DNA from: an uncultured bacterium
Lineage (GTDB): Bacteria > Hydrogenedentota > Hydrogenedentia > Hydrogenedentales > JAEUWI01
Direction: 5' to 3'
Assembly (NCBI GenBank): GCA_963977445.1
Contig: CAXBPH010000155.1
Span: 1 to 16,114, forward strand
Length of the DNA stretch: 16,114 bases
The notes under the pieces were generated by a model. It worked only from the letters and a program-made list of their open reading frames with translations. It did no database searches and had not been told where the DNA came from. The translations under genes and the position numbers were made by a program. Position 1 is the stretch's first letter. Every line of letters starts with the position of its first letter. Below are positions 7,066 to 13,296 of this stretch, one piece after another.

Positions 7066-8394
7066 ATGCATGACCCCGTAGAAAATCCGTCCCTCGATCT
7101 GACCATTATCATCCCGAGCAAGAACGAAGGTCCCAACCTCAATCTACTGCTCCCTGCCCTGCAGGAGACGCTGACCCGCCTCCCTATACGTGCAGAAATC
7201 CTCGTCGTAGACGCGGCCTCTGACGATGGCACACCGGATATCGTGGCCTCTCACGGCGCGCGCTATCTGCGAGAGAAGGGCCGGGGTTATGGGCATGCCA
7301 TCCTGACCGGCGCACAAGCCGCGCGGGGCGACTATTTTATCACCATGGATGCAGACCTCTCCCACCCCACAAAATTCATCGAGGATTTATGGGCTGCCCG
7401 GGAAGAAGGGGACTTGGTAATCGCATCGCGCTATGTTGAAGGTGGTGGTGCCGATCAACCTTTTTTTCGCCTCCTCCTCAGCAAAATTCTCAACGCTTTC
7501 TTCCGCTATGGCCTTTCCCTTACGGCCCTTGATCTCACCAGCGGCTATCGCCTGTATCACCGTCGGGTATTTGAGGGGCTGGAGATTCGTTTCACTTCCT
7601 TCGTTTTCCTGGTCGAACTGCTATTGACCATCATGAAACGGGGTGGCCATGTTGCCGAAGTGCCGTTTCACTACGAACCCCGCGAGGAAGGCCGCTCCAA
7701 CGCGCGAATCATTCAATTCGGCATCGATTATTGTCGCCTCTTCTATCAGATGTGGCGCATTCGCAATGCCTGCACCTTTCCCGACTATGATTGGCGCGCA
7801 TGCCATAGCCGCATTCCGCTGCAACGCTGGTGGCACCGTCAACGGGCGCGCCACATTCAACGCTTCGCCGGGACCCACCTCCCCATGGTGGACGTCGGCT
7901 GTGGCAGTTCGACGTTGCTGACAAAATTGCCCGATGGTGCCATAGGCCTCGATCTGAGCGGCGAGAAACTCCGCTTTATGGCCCGCACCGGTCATCCACT
8001 CCTTCGCGGGAATGGATGTCATCTCCCGGTGGCCGATGAGTCCATCGCCACCGTCGTTTGCTCCCAGTTGCTGGAACACACCCCCGAGGATGGTGCCCCC
8101 TTATTGGATGAACTGGCCCGTGTGGTGTGTCCCGGTGGCGTCCTCGTTCTCGGGACTCCCGACTATGGGCGGTGGCAGTGGAAAGCGATTGAATGGGCCT
8201 ACAACAAGATCGTTCCCTACCCCTACACACGGGAACAGGTGACCCATTATGATCGGGCACATTTGTTCGACGCGCTGTCCGCCCGTGGATTTACAGTTCG
8301 GAACCATGCCTACATCGGAGGCGCAGAACTCATCGTTCGATGCGAAAAGGAAGAAGCACCCGAGGGGCAGGACAATGCTACCCACGAAAAATGA
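7066..8394 (+). CDS. Glycosyltransferase family 2 (DPM1/polyprenol-phosphate glycosyltransferase-like) fused to a class I SAM-dependent methyltransferase
   Basis: IIIPSKNE, VVDAASDDGT, GRGYGHA, ITMDADLSH (DxD), DLVIASRY, DLTSGYRLY, EVPFHYEPREEGRS; then VDVGCGS, LPVADES, SQLLEH and ELARVVCPGGVLVL. Confidence 0.92.
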   Translation: MHDPVENPSLDLTIIIPSKNEGPNLNLLLPALQETLTRLPIRAEILVVDAASDDGTPDIVASHGARYLREKGRGYGHAILTGAQAARGDYFITMDADLSHPTKFIEDLWAAREEGDLVIASRYVEGGGADQPFFRLLLSKILNAFFRYGLSLTALDLTSGYRLYHRRVFEGLEIRFTSFVFLVELLLTIMKRGGHVAEVPFHYEPREEGRSNARIIQFGIDYCRLFYQMWRIRNACTFPDYDWRACHSRIPLQRWWHRQRARHIQRFAGTHLPMVDVGCGSSTLLTKLPDGAIGLDLSGEKLRFMARTGHPLLRGNGCHLPVADESIATVVCSQLLEHTPEDGAPLLDELARVVCPGGVLVLGTPDYGRWQWKAIEWAYNKIVPYPYTREQVTHYDRAHLFDALSARGFTVRNHAYIGGAELIVRCEKEEAPEGQDNATHEK

Positions 8395-8423
8395 GTCGCT
8401 ACTGTCGCTGCACTGCTAAATAA

Positions 8424-8760
8424 TAGTTAATCCACCGGCTCTGCCGGTGAGAATTCATCAGGCTCTGCCGTTCCGTCGAGTTCTTCTATGGTTAGCTCAA
8501 GCAGCGTAATTTTTGCAGTGTTGCAGAAAAGGGCGGTCGAAGCGCTCTTAGCCCCAGCGGGGCGGCATAGAAATTTCGGAGATGGGACCCAACTCGCGCC
8601 CTATGTCGCCCCGCTGGGACTTGTATCGGCGTGTGTCGACCAAAACCCAGGACTCGCTACGCTCGCCGCTGGGCTACGATATTTCGCCCACTTCGTGGAC
8701 TTAACAGCCCCGTTGCGGGAACATTCCTCATACCCCCGACTCTGCCGGTGGTTGCTGATT
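8424..8760 (+). mobile_element. Non-autonomous IS200/IS605-like palindromic element (no transposase); boundaries approximate
   Basis: Subterminal hairpin motifs in direct orientation: CACCGGC-TCT-GCCGGTG (8433-8449) and CCGACTCTGCCGGTG (8736-8750), matching 8435-8449 at 14/15. A partial copy GGCTCTGCCG sits at 8461-8470. The element lies between convergent genes. Confidence 0.6.
8550..8701. repeat. REP-like inverted repeat cluster
   Basis: AGCCCCAGCGGGGCGGCATAG (8550-8570) pairs with CTATGTCGCCCCGCTGGGACT (8601-8621), 19/21. It is followed by a CCCAG...CTGGG stem (8646-8673) and a degenerate third arm TCGCCCACTTCGTGGACT. Confidence 0.7.
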
Positions 8761-8927
8761 AAGCGAAGATTGACCTCGATCAAATTCAGCTCGTTATTTT
8801 ACGTCTTCGACCTATTGCCGACGAGCCGCCCTCCTACTGCGCGTCCTTGTTCGACGCTCCATAGCCCCAATTCGGAGAGCTGGAAACCGAATGACGTGGG
8901 AAATGTCTGAGATGAATCTTCGCCTAT

Positions 8928-10748
8928 TTAGAAGGGCCACAGGACCGGGATGAAAATAATCGCCAGGGTCGTCAATACGACATTCAAGGGCAACCCGGTT
9001 TTCAGGTAGTCCGAAAAACGATACCCGCCGGGGCCGTAGACCATAAGGTTTGTCTGATAACCGAGGGGCGTAACAAAGCTGGCGGCCGCCGCAAATAGCA
9101 CGGCGATAGCGAAAGGCCGGGGAGACGTACCCAACTGCTCGGCCGTGGCCAGTCCGATATGAAACATGATCACCGCCGCACCTTTTGTCGTGACACACTC
9201 GGTCAGAATACTCGTCACGATGTAAATCGTAGCGAGCATGGCGTAGGGCGACTCAATGGGCAAGATACCCACGAGGTATTCAGCGCTTCCCGTCTCCTGC
9301 AGGGCCTCCCCAAGCGCGATGGCCCCACCAATCGTCATCAGGGTGCGCAGATCAAGGGCTTCACGGGCTGTGGCGGGCGATATGCATTGGGTTGCAATCA
9401 TGAGCACGGCAATCAACGACGCTGCGAGGGCCACATCGACCCCAATCATACTGCCAAAGCTCATGAGTCCGATAAGCCCGACGAGCAAGCCCAGCGCAAT
9501 GATGCCCTTGTCATTCCGAACTGCCCGTGCTTCATCGACACCACCAACGAGAAAGAAATCCCGGCTGTAGCGATGTGCACGAATAAAGTGGGGATCGGCT
9601 TGGAGCAACAGGGTATCGCCAGAGCGCAGCACTATATCCCCTACCCGGCCGCGAATGCGTTGTCCGCCGCGATGAACCGCAATGATGGCCGCGTTGTACA
9701 GGGCCCGAAATTCTGCATCACGAACTGTTTTTCCAATGACCGGAGATCGGTCGGAAATAACCGCCTCGTTGAGGGCCTTGTCCCGCGCACGGGGCGCGTC
9801 GGCTTCATAACCGGCGTCTGCGGCGGGTACGAGCCCGGGAATGCGTTCCAGATCCACAATGGTGGCAAGGACGCCGGTAAAGGTCAATACATCATCGGCG
9901 TGTAGAACTTCATCGGGCCGCACGGGCGCAATAGAGGCCTCCTTGCGGACGATTTCAATGAGGAAGAGTCCGGGAAGGTGGCGTAGGCCGGCCGCTTCAA
10001 CCGTCTCCCCCACCAGTCGGCAGCCCGCTTCAAGTCGCATGTCTATCAGGTAATCCCGGGAGCCTTCCCCGCCCTGCTCCAGCAAATCACACCGTTCCGG
10101 CAAGAGCTTCCTACCGATGGTCAGCAGATACAAGATGCCTATCACGGCAAAGGGAACGCCCAGTATGCTGATTTCGAACATACTGATGGGATAGAGGCCG
10201 TCTGCGAGGGCCCCCTTGCCCTCGGCAAGTAGAACGATCTGCTGTTTCTTCATAAGACCATCGACGACGATGGTGGTGCTCGTTCCGATCAGGGTGCAGG
10301 TACCGCCGAGAATGGCCATATAGGAGAGGGGAATGAGAAGTTTAGAGGGCGCCACCCTGTTTTTCCGGCACCAATTCGATAACATGGGAACGAGCATGGC
10401 AACGACGGGGGTATTATTCAGAAAGGCGGAGAGGGGCACAACGGTCAGGGCCAATCGTATCAGTACGGCACCTTCCGTGCGGGCCGCACCCAGCAGCCGG
10501 GCACCGAGCACATCGATGACGCCCGTTTCGCGCATGGCCGCCGCCACAATGAATAGTGCCCCAATGGCCAAGACCCCGGGATTCACAAGGCCGTTGAAGA
10601 CCTGCGTTCCATCGAGCACCCCAATCACCCCCAGAAAAATCGCACCGGCGAGCATGACCATGTCTGAAGGAGCCCAACCACGGACAAGCACCACAAAAAC
10701 GGACAGGATTGTGCCTATCGTTATCCACCCTTCCCAACTTAAGGCCAC
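8928..10748 (-). CDS. SLC13/DASS family anion permease with two TrkA_C domains
   Basis: Many TM helices, SAFLNNTPVVAML, PSKLLIPLSY..ILGGTCTLIGTST, two TrkA_C repeats and ASFVTPLGYQTNLMVYGPGGYRFSDYLKTGLPL. GTG 10748 is 6 nt from SD GGGAG (TTG 10751 is the alternative). Confidence 0.93.
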   Translation of the reverse strand: MALSWEGWITIGTILSVFVVLVRGWAPSDMVMLAGAIFLGVIGVLDGTQVFNGLVNPGVLAIGALFIVAAAMRETGVIDVLGARLLGAARTEGAVLIRLALTVVPLSAFLNNTPVVAMLVPMLSNWCRKNRVAPSKLLIPLSYMAILGGTCTLIGTSTTIVVDGLMKKQQIVLLAEGKGALADGLYPISMFEISILGVPFAVIGILYLLTIGRKLLPERCDLLEQGGEGSRDYLIDMRLEAGCRLVGETVEAAGLRHLPGLFLIEIVRKEASIAPVRPDEVLHADDVLTFTGVLATIVDLERIPGLVPAADAGYEADAPRARDKALNEAVISDRSPVIGKTVRDAEFRALYNAAIIAVHRGGQRIRGRVGDIVLRSGDTLLLQADPHFIRAHRYSRDFFLVGGVDEARAVRNDKGIIALGLLVGLIGLMSFGSMIGVDVALAASLIAVLMIATQCISPATAREALDLRTLMTIGGAIALGEALQETGSAEYLVGILPIESPYAMLATIYIVTSILTECVTTKGAAVIMFHIGLATAEQLGTSPRPFAIAVLFAAAASFVTPLGYQTNLMVYGPGGYRFSDYLKTGLPLNVVLTTLAIIFIPVLWPF

Positions 10749-10780
10749 CAAAATCTCCCTTTATTGATCCACCCGACTTA

Positions 10781-10820
10781 ATTCCCGCCCGCTGGACAGT
10801 TTTTTTGTCCTGGGCGGAAT
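10781..10820 (-). other. Stem-loop in the 5' leader of the SLC13 gene
   Basis: Minus strand ATTCCGCCC-A-GGACA-(A-rich loop)-TGTCC-AGC-GGGCGGGAAT. Confidence 0.55.
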
Positions 10821-10895
10821 GGGGCTGTCGACGCGACGCCGCCCGAAATACCCGGACTGCGATAAAACTCATTACACGGCATATCGAGATGGCCC

Positions 10896-10925
10896 ATTAT
10901 ACGAGGCTAACGGGCAACGATTCAC
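10896..10925 (-). promoter_or_regulatory. Putative promoter for the SLC13 gene
   Basis: Perfect TATAAT (10901-10896) with a weak -35 GTGAAT 18 nt upstream. Confidence 0.45.
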
Positions 10926-10948
10926 ATTACCCGTGATGATTGGTGTCT

Positions 10949-10976
10949 GTACCATTCAATCTCGTACCATCAATCT
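10949..10976 (+). repeat. Short tandem duplication GTACCAT(T)CAATCT, two copies
   Basis: GTACCATTCAATCT (10949-10962) and GTACCATCAATCT (10964-10976). Confidence 0.7.
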
Positions 10977-11023
10977 ACGAAACCCGAGGGCAATTCCCCC
11001 GTTGGTCATGGAGATAGATACGC

Positions 11024-13225
11024 GTGTATAGAATCAAGACCTTATCGATACCTACCCTGTTGTTGCTGTTTGTCATGCTTACGTGCCCTGCCCTTGCCGC
11101 ACCCAGCGTCAGCATCAGCGTGGATCGCGCGGAGATCGGCATGGGCCAAAGCGTGGTACTCACCTCACGGGTGAGCACGGGCAGCGCCCACGACCGAGGC
11201 GGCTATCGGATTATTCCCTTCGTCAATGGAGCCCGCTGGGGAGCCATCGAAACGACGACGGACGAGGGCATAGCCACCCACCTCCTGCCCCTGCCCAATG
11301 CAGGCCCGATGACGATACAGGTACTGGCGGAAGCCCCCCCGACCCGCGCGCCACAGCCCTCGTGGATTTGGGGGGATACACGCCTGGAAAAAACGACCCA
11401 ATATTTTCAGCAGCGTTTTCAGTTTCAGGGAGACCCCGCGCTGGCACGTCTCTTCATCGCTGTAGACGATGAGGCGACGGTATACCTAAATGGAGAAGAA
11501 GTGGGCACGGTGACCGGCTGGAAACGGGAAGCGCCCCTCAGCGATCTCGCCACCTTCCTCGTAGACGGCGAGAATGTAATCTCTATTGCGGCAACGTCAA
11601 ATGGTGGTCTGGCAGGCCTCCTCGTGCGCCTGGACACGGGTCCGGACCTGGAGTCCCCGGTTCTCATTTCCGACAGCCGCTGGACCTATTTTCCTTCGGC
11701 ACCTTACGTGTGGCCCTTTTATGCGGAGGTAGACGGGCTCGGTGTGCACTCCCTCGGCGACGTGCACTGGAACCCCTATCGTCGCTCCATGGGGGATTGG
11801 CCCGGCTTAACCAGTCTCACATGGGACATGGTCGGTACGCCCGCCCCAACAACAGGTCTCCTCTCTGCCCCCACGACCGTAAACGTGGTTCGACGCGCAC
11901 TGAAACGCCCTCCCGTCGATCCAGCGCATCGGGTAGGCATCCAGTTTGAACCCTGGTTTACTCCCGGTAATGCCAACTGGTCTTCGGCCCATGCTATTCC
12001 CCTGACGGGGCGCTATTGGTCGTGGAATCGGGATGCAATCCGCCAACAGTTGATTTGGCTCATGGAATCTGGAATCGATTTTCTCGTGGTGGACTGGACC
12101 AACCACCTTTGGGGAAAAGCCCATTGGAATGAGCGCTCCGACAATACCAATGAAATCATCCACGCCACGACCATGCTGCTGGAAAGCCTCGCGACCATGC
12201 GGGATGAAGGACTTCCTGTACCGCAAGTGGTCCTCTACACGGGGCTGAACAACGGGCCCAGCACGACGATTGAAGCGCTCAATGAGGAGATGGAGTGGAT
12301 CCGACATAACTACATTCGAAATCCTCGTTTTAGCGGGCTCTTTGAGATCTACAAAGAAAAGCCCCTGCTACTTGTCCACAATGGAGGTGGCCCCCAGTGG
12401 CACGATGAAAGCGGTGCGTTCAAACCCGACAACACCTATTTTACCGTGCGAAATCAGTCGTTTCAGCACGAATTGAACGATCACGCCGACTATGGCTTCT
12501 GGTCCTGGATGGATGCTTCGCTGGAACCCGTTCCGACCCCCTACGAGGGCGGCATTGAAGCGCTCACGGTCTCCACGGCGTTTTTCGGCGTCGGTGGCTG
12601 GAAAAAGGACGGTGCCCACGGCCGACGGGGTGGCGCTACGTTTCTGGATAGTTTTCGCGCCGCCCTCACGCACCGCCCGCAATTTCTACAGATTCACCAA
12701 TATCAGGAATTCGCCGGGCAATGGGAGGGCTATGGCTATGGGCCCCATGGGGACTTGTATGTCGATTCCTACAATGTAGAACTCAGCGATGACATCGAGC
12801 CCGTATCTCGGACGGCCGCCGCCTACCGGGGTCAGGGGGGCTGGGGTTTTTACTACCTCAACCTCCTCCGCGCCCTGGTTGACCTGTACCACCAGGCCGA
12901 GCCGGAGACGACCGTGCTGGTCATGTCTCAACCATCCGATGGCGATACGGTTGTGGGCGAAGAACTTGACATCTCCTGGACATGGCTGGGAAAAGCACCC
13001 TCCGGAATCACCTTGCGCGTAAACGACCAACTCATCGAGACGGACCCCATGGTTCCACATCACACCCTCGATCTATCGGCATATCCTACGGGCCCCCTGC
13101 GCATTGCCGTGACTGCTGGAGAGACCCAATCGCGCTACCCCCTCTCTTTTACCGAAGCGTCGGCCCCGCAAGAGAACATGGGTCCTGCGACGATTGAGAT
13201 CGTATGTCAGCACCGGCAGGAGTAG
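11024..13225 (+). CDS. Secreted multidomain glycoside hydrolase-like protein (Ig-like, rhamnosidase-N/galactose-binding-like jelly roll, GH99/GH71-like TIM barrel, C-terminal Ig-like)
   Basis: Signal peptide ending ALA-A. WIW...YFQQRF...IAVDDEATVYLNG...GENVISI...AGLL jelly-roll pattern. PLTGRYWS..DAIRQQLIWLMESGIDFLVVDW, KPLLL, IHQYQEF and DSYNVELSDDIEP. GTG start with SD GGAG. Confidence 0.75.
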   Translation: MYRIKTLSIPTLLLLFVMLTCPALAAPSVSISVDRAEIGMGQSVVLTSRVSTGSAHDRGGYRIIPFVNGARWGAIETTTDEGIATHLLPLPNAGPMTIQVLAEAPPTRAPQPSWIWGDTRLEKTTQYFQQRFQFQGDPALARLFIAVDDEATVYLNGEEVGTVTGWKREAPLSDLATFLVDGENVISIAATSNGGLAGLLVRLDTGPDLESPVLISDSRWTYFPSAPYVWPFYAEVDGLGVHSLGDVHWNPYRRSMGDWPGLTSLTWDMVGTPAPTTGLLSAPTTVNVVRRALKRPPVDPAHRVGIQFEPWFTPGNANWSSAHAIPLTGRYWSWNRDAIRQQLIWLMESGIDFLVVDWTNHLWGKAHWNERSDNTNEIIHATTMLLESLATMRDEGLPVPQVVLYTGLNNGPSTTIEALNEEMEWIRHNYIRNPRFSGLFEIYKEKPLLLVHNGGGPQWHDESGAFKPDNTYFTVRNQSFQHELNDHADYGFWSWMDASLEPVPTPYEGGIEALTVSTAFFGVGGWKKDGAHGRRGGATFLDSFRAALTHRPQFLQIHQYQEFAGQWEGYGYGPHGDLYVDSYNVELSDDIEPVSRTAAAYRGQGGWGFYYLNLLRALVDLYHQAEPETTVLVMSQPSDGDTVVGEELDISWTWLGKAPSGITLRVNDQLIETDPMVPHHTLDLSAYPTGPLRIAVTAGETQSRYPLSFTEASAPQENMGPATIEIVCQHRQE

Positions 13226-13239
13226 GCGCTCATTGGGAA

Positions 13240-13262
13240 ACACGGGCGACCGTCGCGCGTGT
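13240..13262. terminator. Hairpin between convergent genes (possible terminator)
   Basis: ACACG-G-GCGA-CCG-TCGC-G-CGTGT, with no U-tract on either strand. Confidence 0.3.
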
Positions 13263-13296
13263 AGCACAAGAATGTAGCCTCGCCCATTACGTTGGG

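Noticed and set aside
6729..8394. RiPP cluster (small peptide plus glycosyltransferase/methyltransferase)
   Set aside because: The peptide looks like a TM protein, with no Cys-rich core or leader, and there is no adjacent active peptidase or ABC exporter. The GT2 is of the polyprenol-phosphate type.
8424..8760. CRISPR array or OMEGA (IscB/TnpB) RNA locus
   Set aside because: There is no regular repeat-spacer periodicity and no cas, tnpB or iscB gene in the window.
8488..8910. 140-aa ORF (and antisense 8601..8783) as a real gene or transposase remnant
   Set aside because: It runs through palindromic repeats, with no SD, no HUH/Y1 motif and no protein-like pattern.
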